From: Mustelus asterias
Taxonomy: Eukaryota
Assembly (NCBI RefSeq): GCF_964213995.1
Contig: NC_135806.1
Coordinates: 21,390,001 to 21,454,000 of the forward strand
Length of the DNA: 64,000 nt
Reading direction: 5' to 3'
Shown here: positions 37,378 through 50,699 of the stretch, in pieces
Position numbering within the stretch: the stretch's first letter is position 1
How the letters are laid out: each line of letters starts with the position of its first letter
Made by a program: the position numbers and the translations under genes
Notes under the pieces: model-generated
What the model saw: the letters and a program-made list of their open reading frames with translations, nothing else
What the model was told of the DNA's origin: nothing
Databases searched by the model: none

Positions 37378-37810
37378 GATCATAGAACCTGATGTGCAGA
37401 AAAAGGCCACTCAGCCCATCGAGACTGCACCCGCTCTGTGACAGAGCATCTTACTCAAGCCCCATTCCCGTAACCCTACCCCCAAATATTTACCTCACTA
37501 ATCTCCCTAACCTACACAGCTTGGGACACTAAGGCCAAAACCCTACCACCTCCTACCGATCCCAGAGCAGGCGAGGTTCCCAAAATGGAAATCTCCATTG
37601 GCCTTGGGCGGGATCTTACAATCTCGCCCGAGCGATTTTGCATGGCCAATCCACCTAACCTGCACATCTTTGGACTGTGGGAGGAAACTGGAGACCCCGT
37701 AGGAAACCCATGTAGACACGGGGAGAACGTGCAAACTCCACACAGACAGTCACCCAAGGCTGAAATTGAACCCGGGTCCCTGGTCTGTGAGGCAGCAGTG
37801 CTAACCGCTG
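37378..37810 (-). mobile_element. HE1 V-SINE with a short MITE inserted at ~37533-37630
   Basis: The SINE sequence cactaagg|...|gcgattttgcatggccaat is interrupted by the MITE. Confidence 0.8.
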
Positions 37811-37874
37811 CACTCATACATACATGAAAACAGGGACAAAATAACATTTAAAAAGATTTGATTGTTACTAATTA

Positions 37875-40800
37875 CTTTATTCATTTGTGGGATTTGCGTA
37901 TTGTTAGTGAGGCTATCATTTGCTGCCTATCTCTAACTGTCCATCAGAAGGTGGTGAGTTACAACTTGAAACGCTGTAGACCACATGACATTGAAGGAAT
38001 GCCAATATGGTTTCAAGTCAGAAAGGTGTGGGGCTTGGAGGGAACTTGCAGGTGATGGTGTTCCTCTGCTTACCTTGTCCTTCTAGGTGGTAGAAGTCAC
38101 AGGTTTGGAAGGTGCTGTTCAAGAATCCTTGATTTTTGCAGTGTGCCTTGCTGAGATTGTGCATTGGGAGTGGAAGCAATGCATATTGAAGATGATGCCT
38201 TTTATCTTCTAGACGGCCAGTTAAAGATAATATTGAGTCAATCGTTGCTCAGTCTTATATTTATATGCAGACTGAAATATCACAAGCATGTGTGTCCTAG
38301 CTCAAGCCAGATCACAGAGTGCAAACTACTCTGATAAGTTTGGTGTCAGGGACAGGGGCTTGGGGGGAGGGGTGAGGGGTTGGTGTGGTGTTCGTGGGAG
38401 TGGGGGAGGGTGATGGGTGAAAACACTTTCACCTTACCGCTTACACCCTAGATAATCCAAAGTGGGAAGTCTGATGGGCCAATTGGGGCACTTAAGAAGG
38501 TAATAAATGCCCACTTAAATGCCCACTCATCCTACTGCGATATTAAACCTATGGTTGGCCTGGGGACCTAGGCATTGGGAAGGTGAAGGGGGCTCGAGGT
38601 GCTGACAGTCAACTAACTGCCCTTGCCAATGAGCACCCTCCCTGTGATCCACCTCACGCCATCACTCACCTGTGTCTGAGTCCGTTCTTAATCGGAGGCC
38701 TCGGGTGGGATAATACTGGCAGCAGCCACCGCCTCCCCACTGACGCTGCTGAGGATAGAGGAGCTGCCAGCTTCTTAGTGGTCAACACCTCTCAACAGGC
38801 AGGACTTTCATCCCAAGGGCCCTTGATCCCAGGGAATGACTTGGGGGCGACATGGGGTCTCACTGTTACTTGAGCCAGTGGCCAAGTGCCCCATCGCCTC
38901 CACCAGATTTCTTCTTCACCCCTACAGTATTAGTTAATGCTTTCTCACATGTGCAAAAGTACAAAACCCAATGAATTCCCGCCACTTGCACATGGTTGAA
39001 CAGAAGGATACACAATCAATAATGGATGGCTGCCAGTCAAGTTGACTGCTTTATCTGATGCTGCTGCATCCATCCAGGCATTTCAGAACTATTCCATTAC
39101 ATTCCTAACACACTGGCCGGAATTTTACCAGCGCGCCCGCCCTGATTTTGGGGGCGGGCGAGGCTCGGAGAACGGCATTCTCCATTGGCCTCGGGTGGGA
39201 TTGTACGAACCTTGGGCGGACGTGCTGGTAAAATTCCACCCAGTATCTTGTTGATGGTGAACAGGCATTGGGGAGTGAGGAGGTGGGTTACTCTCTTGTA
39301 GCCACAGTATTTATATGACTGGTCTATGGTAACCCCACCGATATGGCAGTGGAGGATTCAGCAATGGTAATGCCATTTGAACATCAAGGGAAGATGGTTA
39401 GATTCAATCTTGTTGGAAATAACTGTTATCTGACACTGGTGCAGCACAAATGTTACTTGTCGCTTATCATCCAAAGTGTAAATGTTCAGGTCTTGATGCA
39501 TGCAGACACACTGCTTTATATCTGAGGAGTTTCAAGTGTTACTTAACACTTTGCAATAATTAGCAAACATCCCCACTTCTGACCTTATGATGGAGGGAAT
39601 GTCATGGGTGAAGCTGTTAAAGATGGTTGCGCCTGGGACACTACCCTGAGGAACTCATTCAGCGATACCCTGGATCTGAGATAATTGGGCAACAATCACC
39701 TTCCTTTGCGTTAGGTATGCCTCCAACCCCAGTTCCCACTGACTTCAGTTTTATCAGGGCTCCTTGCTGTGGCATACAGCCAAGTGCGCCTTGACCTCAA
39801 GGATAGTCACACGCACCTCAATTTATTTATTCGTGTTACAAGTAGGCTTACATTAACATCCAATGAAATTACTGTGAAAATCCCCGAGTCACCACACTTC
39901 AGTGCCTGTTTGGATATACTGAGGGAAAATTTCACCAGCACGTCTTTCGGACTGTGGGAGGAAACCAGAACACCTGGAGGAAACCCACGCAGACACGGGG
40001 AGGATGTGCAGACTCCACACAGACAATGACCCAAGCTGGGAATTGAACCCGGGTCCCTGGCACTAAGTCAGCAGTGCTAACCACTGTGCTGCCCAATAAC
40101 ATGGTTCTCTGGTTTCAGTTCTTTTCTCCATATTTGAACCAACATGACCAAAGAGATTTGCAATTCAGTGGCCTTGATGGAATCCAAACTGAGTATTGGT
40201 GAACAAATCATTGACGAGGGAGTGCAGTTTGATAGCACAGTCAATTATGTCTTCCATCACTTTACAAATTAAGAGTGGACTGATGGGATGCTATTTGGCT
40301 GGATGCATTTTGTCCAGATAATACCTGGGCAATCTTGCTCATTGTAGATTCCAGTGCTGTAGCTGTACTGACACAGTTTGGATAGGGATATGGCTTGTTC
40401 TGAAGCACAAGTGTTCTACAGCCAGGACATTTCAGGGCCCATAAACTTTGTCAACCAGTGTCATCAGCCATTTCTTGATGTCATGTGGAGTGAATCAAAT
40501 GGGCTGAAGATTCATGTTTGTAGGAGGAGGCCAAAATAGATCATGCAACTCAGATTTTCTGGATGATGATTTAGCAAATGCTTCAGCCTTCTGTTTTACA
40601 TGATGTGCTGGATTCCCTGATGATTGAGGATGGGAATATTTGTGAAACGTCCTCCTCCAGTTAATTATTTAATTGCCACCAGCATTCATGACTGGTTGTG
40701 ACAGGATAGCAGAGCTATGATCTGATGCATTGGTTGTGGGGTTGCTTTGTCCCATCTCTCACATGCTGCTTCTGGTGTTTGATATGACTGTAGTCTCATG

Positions 40801-40940
40801 TTCTAGCCTCACCACATTGGCACCTCATTTTTCAACATGCCTGGTTTTGCTCTTGGCATGCTCTGCTAAACTTTTCATTGAACCATTGTTGATCTCTTGG
40901 CTAACGGTTGAGAGGGGTATGCTAGCCATGAGTTTATAAA
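37875..40940 (-). mobile_element. Ancient L2/CR1-group LINE with nested MITEs and a SINE
   Basis: Minus-strand RT motifs (VPQGSVPG...INDLPSIIRSEVGMFAN-like) near 39560-39655. The 3' end is shared with the tRNA SINE tails. Confidence 0.75.
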
Positions 40941-41522
40941 TTGTGGCTTTGTCATTTAAACTGCGGCATGTTGATTCAAGAAGACTTGAAAAGCGGTGTA
41001 AATGCTGACATTCACATAGTCAACTGCCAACTGAAGCTGGAATCTGGCCATTTACTGAATAACTTCCACAAAAATCTTAGTTTGTGCATGCATTGGTGCT
41101 GCTAACGTAGATAATGCATCGCACTTGTCCTGCTCAGTTGTGCCTCTGCATTGCAATGGTCAGCAGTATTGCATTCTTGAATCATGTCATCGTCTACAAA
41201 ATGTGGAGAACCATAAAAATACAGATGTCTAAAAGGAGACTAGAATTTTTAATGAGGTAATTGGCTATGCTGATAGATTTATTAAGAATTAATTGCGATG
41301 GTCATGTATAATTGCATATAGCTTGAGTGCACAGAGAACTGTTGAGAAGAGCCATAAAACAACTTTGATGACTTGCACCCAGGGGAGAGGAGGAGTGATA
41401 GTTTCTGGTGCTGCAGTGAGGCAGAGGATAGTTTCACAAGCAAATTCCAATGGCAAGTTTAGCTTGCTACCATGTTAGTGTTTCAAACAGATTGTACCCA
41501 TCCAAAGTGTGCCTGTCCTGAA

Positions 41523-41689
41523 NNNNNNNNNNNNNNNNNNNNNNNNNNNNNNNNNNNNNNNNNNNNNNNNNNNNNNNNNNNNNNNNNNNNNNNNNNNNNN
41601 NNNNNNNNNNNNNNNNNNNNNNNNNNNNNNNNNNNNNNNNNNNNNNNNNNNNNNNNNNNNNNNNNNNNNNNNNNNNNNNNNNNNNNNNN
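41523..41689. other. Assembly gap
   Basis: Run of N. Confidence 1.
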
Positions 41690-41700
41690 AAGAGGAAAAC

Positions 41701-41766
41701 ATATATATGTGTGTGTGTGTGTATGTATATATATATATATATAAAATATATATATATATATATATA
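41701..41766. repeat. (TA)n/(TG)n microsatellite
   Basis: Directly visible. Confidence 0.95.
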
Positions 41767-42633
41767 AGCACCATACATTCAAAGAGGAAAACAGACATTT
41801 TGAATCAAGCTTTCCATTTGCTGCAGGCAGTCTCCTGAAAGCTGCTGGTTAAATGAGAAATCTTTACATGCTGTGGGAGGTGGAATGGAAAGGGGATGTT
41901 TCACAACCTCACTGTTACAGCAGACACAGATGATCCTGCAACCACATGTCTGAACCATCACAAAGACCACCTCTGTGGTATTGTCTGACTCCACCATTGC
42001 CTCAGTCTATCACTGCTGAAACCTTCCTCCGTGACTTTGATCCTTATAGTTTGACTACCTTTTGTTACAATCCCTGTGGCACAGTGGGAGGGGGGCAATA
42101 AACCAAAACAAACAAATTTACTGAATAGGCCCAATATGAAGAAATGACAAAGATTCCACTTTTTGTAGCTTTTAGCTTAAAGCAAATTAAAACTATTTCC
42201 AAATTAAACCTAAATTAACAGGTAGATAATATTTCAAATAAAAAGGTAAAATGCACTTTAAATAAGCAATATAACAATGATACATCTTATGCAACCATGA
42301 ACACCTACATCACCTCATCATGTAGCTTAGGAGTTCCGGAATTATGCTGTTCTTTATTCATGCAGGGTAGGTCAGAAATTTTATTCAACAGCAGTTTTCA
42401 TCTTTGAGTTTCAGAGGTATGATTATCATCAGCAAGGCTCACTCTCCCTTGGGCCCTGATAGTCCTGTAGGTTTCCAGAATTCCATTTCAACCAACCAAC
42501 AGAACCCCAGTTTAGAGTTTGGCAACTTCTTGGAAAACACACAGTATTTTAGCACCATACAGCTTTACAGGCTTGGGACCGTTTTAACGAGCTCACAGAG
42601 TACTGGCAAGAGCCCCTGTCTCCAAAAAGAAAT

Positions 42634-42953
42634 AATCATAGAGTCCCTACAGTACAGAAGGAGGCCATTCAGCCCATCGAGTCTGCATCGACCACAATCC
42701 CACCCAGGCCCTATCCCCATAACCCCACACATTTACCCTCCTAACCCCCCGACACTAGGGTTAATTTAGCATGGTCAATCAACCTAACCTGCACATTTTT
42801 GGAGTGGGAGGAAACCAGAGCATCCGGAGGAAACCCACGTAGACACGGGGAGAATGTGCAAACTCCACACAGATAGTAACCTGGGGCCCACATTGAACCA
42901 GGATCGCTGGCGCTGTGAGGCAGCAGTGCTAACCACTGTGCCACCGTGCCACC
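42634..42953 (-). mobile_element. HE1 V-SINE, full length
   Basis: ggcacggtggcacagtggttagcactgctgcctcacagcgccag head with a CR1-type tail. Confidence 0.92.
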
Positions 42954-42957
42954 CAGC

Positions 42958-44113
42958 ATTTGACTGCGTTAAAAAGGTGCTGTATTTTTACAGTTTTTTG
43001 TTGTTCCTTCAATCTTACAGGTGATTCGAAGGACATGTCACTAAAGCAGAACAAATGCAAACACAAATGATTTGTATTCAGTGGCAAAGGACAGAACAGA
43101 AAAAAAAGACTGACTTCTTTTTGACTGATTTGCTTCCTATCCTTACAAGAATGCTCTATGTTTCCCTTTCTCTCTGTGTCTGCTTTTGCTTTGTGTCTGT
43201 ATCTGTGTGCTCGTCACATTGACCCTTATCTCCTCTGCTTGCAGCTCTCCTTTGTATCTGCTCGCCACATTAGTGCTTTAACTTTCTTCCTGTTGGTACA
43301 GATTCCAGGTCAATACTCATTATGTTACATGGACCAGTATTGTTTATTAACACAGAATATTACAGCTAATCCTTTTGAAATGACATAAACAGTTAAAAAC
43401 ACCTTTTCAAACATTCTTAAAAACAGTTACAGATTCCATGCCACTGAGAGGAAATTACAACCTTTCCTTCCAGTGCTGTTTCTGGGTCAAAGCTTGTCAC
43501 ACAATGCACACCTGGCCAACCTCTCATCTTCACCCTCTGAAAACTTGAAGTAATCTAAACCTTTGCTGTCGTGTCCTTACTTGCAACTTGTCCCATTCAT
43601 CCATGACTCCTTTGTTGCTGGCCTACACTTGCTTTCTCTTATTGCACCAATCTTAACATTTACATTCTAGTATTCGAAACATTCCATGGCCTCACCCCAC
43701 TTCAACTTTGGAATCTCCTCCAGCTCCACAACCCTGTGAGATATATCTGCCCTCCTCAAACTCTGGCCTCTTGAGCATCCCTAATTTGCATTGCCACATC
43801 TTTGATGGCTTTGGAATTCCCACCCAAAGCCTCTCCACCTGTCCGCCACTCTTTCCTCTAATCAAACTAAACTCTTGACCTCTTCTGCTGCCTGGCAGAA
43901 TATCTTTTGCGACTGGCCATCAAATTTGGTTCGATAAGGCTCCCAGGAAATGTCTGAGGATATTTGACTGCGTTAAAAAGGTGCTGAGTTTTTACTGTTT
44001 TTTGTTATTCCTTTCAGTCTTACAGGTGATTCGAAGGACATGTCACTAAAGCAGAACAAAATGCAAACACAAACAATTTGTATTCAGTGGCAAAGGACAG
44101 AACAGGAAAAAAG
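42958..44113 (+). repeat. ~150-bp direct repeat (42958-43108 and 43962-44113)
   Basis: atttgactgcgttaaaaaggtgctg...ggcaaaggacagaacag is present twice at high identity. Confidence 0.92.
43490..44005 (+). mobile_element. L2 LINE 3' fragment
   Basis: Degenerate L2 C-terminus (HI.P.L..LH.L-type, ctttggaattccc) and a gttaaaaaggtgct tail. Confidence 0.6.
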
Positions 44114-44510
44114 GTGCAGGAGAATGTCTAATCCAGTACTTAGCTACATACATTCAGTGATGATAGAAGTGTATAACAGATTTAAATGAAGAGAGTGAAG
44201 GATAAATCAAATCTGGAAGTATTCATGGACACGTTTAAGGAATATTTAACACATTTGAAGAACATTGTATCTGGAAGACACGTTTAATAACAGGTTTCAA
44301 GTTGAAGGAGAAGGCACTAATCAACATATAATTGATTTATAGCAAGAGGCCAAGTGTTGCAGATATGGATCCATGAAGACAGTCTCATTAAAGATTGAAT
44401 TACAGTCATGATAATAGATGATCAAGTTGGTGTTTGCAGAGATTAAATCTATCGTACTCCAAGAGAAGCTTAAACAAAGCTACAGAATCTATGCTGCTGC
44501 AACTTTTATA
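44020..44510 (+). pseudogene. Gypsy-type gag remnant
   Basis: DKSNLEVFMDTFKEY, KNIVSGRHV, QVEGEGTNQHIIDL, AKCCRYGS and DSLIKD match the Mag-like Gypsy gag pattern, with stops and frameshifts. Confidence 0.65.
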
Positions 44511-44689
44511 TGATGAAAAAAGCTGACATTGGTATGTCTAGTTTGACTATGCACTGGCTAGCCTCCTGGGGTATTGAGGGGAGAAATGAGGTTCCTCCCA
44601 GGATAGATCTTTGTCAGTAGATTAATGAGATATGTTCCATGGTGTGGGACTCATGGCCATAATTGCAATTTGGGTTATCCCTTGTCTTT

Positions 44690-46590
44690 CATGGAATACG
44701 TGGCTGTGTTACCAATGCACACAGTAGTATATTAGCATGGATAGAGGATTGGCTAACTGATAGAAGACAGAGGGCAGAATTTTATGAGAACGATTCTAAG
44801 TGTCCACCTCGCGTGAAAATGGAGAATTCGGGACCTGTTTTTTTACTTGAGTTTTCACGCCCAATCTGACAGACTTAGACATTGAAAAAATGGTGTAGAC
44901 TGTTTCTTGCTGCTGCAGGCAGTGGGCTGGGCTTAATTTTCCGGCCAGCTTGTAGAGGGAGCTACTGCACATGTGCAGACCTTTGATGCTGCGCATGCAC
45001 AATTTCAGCAGCAGGGATCTGAGAGATAGAGATCGAGCTGTCAGACCCCTTCTGCCGGAGCCAGCCTGAACCAAAAACCCTCCGTGCAATCGTGGGGGCC
45101 CGTGGCCATTTGCGAGCCCCACAATGCATGGCCATCTAGCCCCCGCCACCTAACCCTCCACTGCCCAGGCCTATCATGCCCCCGTCCTCCCGATCCGAGT
45201 GGCAGCGGCTCCGCTCCCCCCAATCTGATCGCATCTGAGAGTGCGCAGCAGCTCCCCCCCCCTCCCTCCCCCCTCCAGATCAGGCCACCACTTTCATGCC
45301 CCGGCGGGCAGTGCCAAGGTGTCTTCTGGGCAGTGCCCAGGTGCCAGGCTGGCACTGCCCAAGGGGCACTCCCCCCTTGCCCTCAGCCTTCCCGGGGAGC
45401 CTCAATGGCCTCTGGTTCCACAGCGAGGCCAACATGGCTGTTCCCTGTTCATGGAGAGCAGGTGTTTTCCTCGCCAGGGCAAACCTCTCCCGGCGAGGCC
45501 ATAAAGGCAAGTGAGCCTGGACGATTCAGCGCCGGGTTCGCTAATACCATGTAAATCTGGATTTAAATGAATTTCAGTACATTATTCAGCCTCTCGCTGG
45601 AAATGGGAGAGAGGCTGACCTCGCCGGAAATCCGGCTCTCGTAAAATCAAGAGAGCCCAGAAATCGGGTGTGATCCTGCTTTCTCGGCTCTCACGTGATT
45701 TTACCAACTCACTTCGCCCATCGATGGGTAGGGAAAGCCAGTAAAAGTCCGCCCAGAGAGTCAGAATAATAGGTGCATTTTCAGGGTGGCAATCTGTAAC
45801 TAGTGGAGTGCTACGCGGATCCATGCTGGGACCATAATTATTTACAATAGATATTAATGACTTGGATGAGTGAAGTTAATGTAATATTGCCAAGTTTGCA
45901 GATGACACAAAAATAGGTGGGAAGGCAAGTGGTGAGGATGACACAAAGAGTCTAAGAGGGATATAGACAGATTAGGTGAGTGGGCAAAATCTTGGCAGGT
46001 GGAAAATAATGTAGGAAAATGTGAAGTGTTGCACTTCGGCAGGAAGAATAAAGGAGCCGAGTGCTATTTAAATGGAGAAAGGCTGCAGAAAGCTGCAGCA
46101 CAGAGGGATTTGGGGCTCCTTGTGCATAAGTCACAAACAACTAGCACATGGCTCAGCAGGTAATTGGGAAGGCAACCTTATTAACACATAGGATTCTCAG
46201 GGGCCTTGACAGGATTAATGTTGAGAGGATGTTTCCTCTTGTGGGTGGGTGGGTGGCAGGGTGGGGGGGGGGGGGGGGGGGGGGGGGGGAGTTCTGTGAC
46301 CAGAGGACAAAATCTCAGAACAAGGGGTTGCACATTTGAAACAGAGATAAGGAGGAATTTCTTCACTCAGAGGGTAGTGAATCTGAGGAACTCTTTACCA
46401 CAGAGCGCTGTGGAGGTTGGGTCATTAAGTTGAGATCGACAGATTTTGAATCAGTAAGGGAATCATGCGTTATGGGGACAAGGGAAAGTCGAGTTGAGGA
46501 TTATATCTGATCACCCATGATTTCATTGATAGGGGGAGCAGACCTGATGGGCCAAATGGCTTGCTTCTGTTCCTATGTCTTATGGTTTTA
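44690..46590 (+). mobile_element. CR1 RT 3' part interrupted by a MITE
   Basis: WIEDWLTDRRQR|VRI continues across the MITE. KFADDTK and RRNFFTQRVV follow. Confidence 0.88.
44772..45754. mobile_element. Complete PIF/Harbinger-type MITE
   Basis: TIRs gggcagaatttta and taaaagtccgccc, with the 3-bp TSD AGA. Confidence 0.85.
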
Positions 46591-47679
46591 TGCATTCAGT
46601 TGACTGTAAACATCAAGACGATGGGACTGTAGTCTTTGGTTTCAGGACGGCAGTGATTTTGAAATAACTGCAGGCATATGTATCCCAAGGTCAAGGGATT
46701 TGGAGCTGAATTTGGCAAGCCACGTGCATCCATTTTGGCCCTGGTTCTCGAGGATTTCTGAGTCAGTGCCACTGATCCCATTAGTCTTCTGTTTCCAGGT
46801 TGCTATTGATGCTGTGCTTGATGAAGGTCACTGAAAAGGTGGTAGGTAGAGTGGCTTTTTCCAGTGAGAGCTTGAGAAGCTTTCTCACTCCAGTTTTCAG
46901 TGATGGTCATTACGTTTGAGTTGGTTCCAAGGTAGGCCACAAAGGCATTTTCATTGACCTTTGCATCTCATGGGGTGGGGATTGGTTGGGGGGGGGGGGG
47001 GGGGGGGGAGGAGGAGGGATGGTGTTTAGGGATCAGTATGGTAGTGTCAAACTGGCAAGCCAGAGAAGCAAGTTCCAGGACTTTCTGCTAGAGTGTCAGG
47101 AATCTCATTTTTTTTTGTACTTTCTTTCCATCATGCTAATTTGTCTTTGTCTGGGGAATGTACATTGCTGTGTCTGGGTCTTGAGTGACATTAAACTTTG
47201 AAGTGACATATAACATCTATGCAATACTGGCAGTGTTATCTGAAACACGCCTGGCACAGAGATCATTATGCATGAAATTTGTCAGACCAAGCTGTACAAG
47301 AACAGTTCATGGATTGTAATTACTGTATTAAATTACATCGGGGAGAAAGTGTGGGCACATGGCCAAATATACATGCGGTTTAAAAATAACAAGCAAATTG
47401 CTAAGCTAAGCAATGTTAAAGTAAAAAAAAATCCATTCAGAACTAAACAAAAATAGAACACTTAAAGTGAAAAGCAGTCAGAATGAGAACAAACTGGTTT
47501 TATGGATATGATTCAAATTGGAAATTCTACTGAATGAAAAGTAAATGTTAAAATAAACAGCAATCTGTATGCTTAGGCATGGGAAGCTAATCTAACACTG
47601 CGGCATGATCAACTTACAAAGAACGAAATACTACAGTGAGCTAGCTTACTGAAATGTAGATCTGGGAGCTTTAAAAATG

Positions 47680-48008
47680 GGCTGCACGGTGACACAGTGG
47701 TTAGCACTGCTGCTTCATAGCACCAGGGACCTGGGTTTAATTCCAGCCTTGGGTCACTGTCTGTGTGGAGTTTGCACGTTCTCCCCGTGCCTGCGCGGGT
47801 TTCATCTGAGTGCTCTGGTTTCCTCCCACAGTCCAAAAATGTGTCGGTTAGGTTGATTGGTCATGTTAAATTGACCCTTAGTGTCAGGGGGATTAATAGG
47901 GTAAATACATGGGGTTACAGGGATAGGGCATGGGTGGGATTGTTGTTGATGCAGGCTCGATGGGCCAAATGGCCTCCTTCTGCACTGCAGGGATTCTATG
48001 ATTCTATG
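47680..48008 (+). mobile_element. HE1 V-SINE, full length
   Basis: Head, V-domain and an attctatgattctatg tail. Confidence 0.92.
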
Positions 48009-48019
48009 AGCTCAGAAGG

Positions 48020-49360
48020 CTGAAACAGAGAGTAGGACAGTTTCGTAAAGTGAATGAAAGTGGGCAGCAGTCTTCCAGAGGTTCTGTCTGGAACCACTTT
48101 GTTCACTGTAAACTAATGAGAATATTGGGCAAGAGGGAGTCACAGCCAAATTTGCAGATGATGCTACAATATAAAAACAGTGAATAATTCTGATTACCAA
48201 AAGAAGCTTTCATAAGAAAAGTCACAGTGGAATTAGCAACACAGAAAGCTGGACGAGCTTAAAAATTTGGGAGTTCAGGTTGAAGGAGTAATTTGACAAG
48301 GAAGCACTCAATGAATGGTAGGACATTAGAAAGTTCTGTGGAACAAAGGGACCTTGGTGTGTTTGTCCAAAAATTGCTGAAAGCAGAAGGGCATGTTAGT
48401 AGGGTGATCAAAAAGGCATCAAGGACACTTGCCTTTATCAATTGAGGCATAGATTACAAAAGCAGGGAAGTCATGTTGGAGTTATAGAACTTTAGTGAGG
48501 CCACAGCTAGAGTACTGTGTACAATTCTGATCACCACATTATAGGAAGGATGTGATTGCACTGGAGGGGGTGCAGAAGAGATTTACCAGGATGCTGCCCA
48601 GGATGGCACATTTAAGCTATGAAGAGAAATTAAATAGGTTTGGGTTGTTTTCGTTGGAGCAGAGAAAACTTGAGGGGCAACCTGACTGAGGTGTACAAGA
48701 TTATGAGAGGCATGGACAAAGTGGATAAGGAGCAACTAACTATTCACCTTAGTTGAAGGGGACATAGGTTCAAGGTGAGTGGCAGGAGGTTTGGGGGAAT
48801 GTGAGGAAAATCTTTTTTACCCAGAGGATGGTGACAGTCTGGAATGTGCTGCCTGGGAGGGTGGTAGAAGCGGGTTGCCTCACATCTTTAAAAAAGTATC
48901 TGGATGAGCAGTTGGCACATCATAACATTCAGGGCTATGGGCCAAGTGCTGGCAGATGGGATTACGTTGGAGTCCAGGTGTTTCAAATGTGTCGGTGCAG
49001 ACTCGATGGGCCTCTTCTGCGCTGTATGATTCTATGGTCAGAAGCAGCACTTCGAGTGGACAAGGCCACAAGAAAAGCTTGTATAATACTAGATGTTATC
49101 TACAATATCCAAGTTGAGATGTAATGCTGAACTTATATAAAGCCTTGGAAAGAGCACAGTTGGAGTACTCTGTGGATTCCCCTCGATAAAAGGAGAATGT
49201 TGAGAATGTGCAATTGCAGATTCACTAGGATACTGCCAGGTATGAGGGAATACAAATTTAAATGAAAACTTGAACAATTCAAGGTTTTCTTATCCCAGAA
49301 AATAAGGTTAAAGGATGATTTGATAGAGGTGTTTAAAATTATGACAGAATACAACAGATA
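48020..49360 (+). mobile_element. Older CR1 containing a younger CR1 3' part (~48260-49035)
   Basis: KFADD near 48150, RPQLEYCVQF and RKIFFTQRMV. The older copy resumes after 49035. Confidence 0.8.
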
Positions 49361-50699
49361 GAAACAGATTTATTTTTTGTTTCTGGCATACACTGGGCAC
49401 TCAGTCCATTCCATCTGCTTGTTGATGTTGGTGGGACAGTGATTAGGCTTCATTTAACTGCAAGAAGCAAGTTGTCCGCGTAAGCCATGCTGTTAATTGG
49501 CAATCACCCATTTGGAAGACTGGACAACCTGGTGAGGTAGAAAGTAAAATGTGCCTGGAGCGACATATTAAAGTCAAGGCTGAAAAATAAAAGGGTGACT
49601 ATGAAGGAAAGAGACAGTGGAGCAGGAGATATAAATTCCAGAGACACGGAAATATCCCAAAAAATAGCATGGATTTAAATTTAAAGGAACCTTTAAGCAT
49701 TAAAACTCCAAAAAACAATGAAGCAATATTACCAGGCCTACTTTCAACTTTATGATTCTTTTAGCTAGAACTGCACACTCCATGATTTGTGGGCAGATTG
49801 AGGAAGCTGCAATGGCAACATTAATTAATACAACAATGGGGTTTGAGTCCCAATTTCATCCATTAGTCAGGCACCTATTTTAGCAGGCACCAGCATTAAG
49901 TCAGTAAGCTATTTATCTTTGGTTGTTTCCAAGACACAGAGCAATCGGGAGATGTAAATTGCCACCTCCCCGTGCCCTCCACCCCAACCAGTTTTGAATG
50001 ATCAAGGGATCTACAACAATGGACAAAAGACAAGAGTAATGGATTTAAGCCAACAAATAGGATAAACCCTTTCTTTAGAGGGAGTTGTGAGGTTGTGTTA
50101 CAAAATACCAACGTTCATGATTGAAATAGTGACCGTGGCAAAATTTAACACTAACATTTAACACTTCAATGGTTAGATACACTTTGAGAGTCAGGACAGG
50201 ATTTTATGGCCTCATTCGAGCAAGATCGGAAATTCCCACCTGAGATCAATGGACATTTCCACTGTCCGCCCCTTGCCTGCTCCAACTCCGTGGCGGGTAA
50301 GGCGGTAGAATTCCAGTGTCAGTGTAGACTTGATGAGTTGAATGGCCTCCTTCTGCACTGTAGGGATTCTATGGATGGGGAAGTATAGTGATATGGGAAC
50401 AGGGAAATCACTTGAGATTAGGGGTACTACTGGCAGGCAAGATTTAAAAAAACATGGACTGCAACTTGTTGCAGTGCTATATTTTCACCATTATTATGTG
50501 GAGTGTTGATTTACTCTGAGTTAAATATTGAGCTGACAGGAAAATATAATATCATGTGAATATACATACAAATGACAAATCCCATCATTTCACATTTTGG
50601 AACAAGTACAATCAGGTCTTGAACTTTGAATTTATCTTCAAGAGGAAATGACCACCAGAACTAATGTAGTAACCAGTGATAAATATCGAAAAGTGAAGG

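Noticed and set aside
41467-41838. ORFs containing long X runs
   Set aside because: Artefacts of the N gap and the TA/TG microsatellite.
44026-44112. Plus-strand exon after cttacag
   Set aside because: The sequence reads as the start of the Gypsy gag relic, and the two copies differ by frameshifting indels.
46262-46290. Poly-G runs (also ~46987-47010) as functional G-quadruplexes
   Set aside because: Homopolymer expansions inside decayed repeats, with length possibly affected by sequencing error; no functional evidence.
47685-47760. tRNA-like sequences
   Set aside because: These are SINE heads continuing into V-domains, not standalone tRNA genes.
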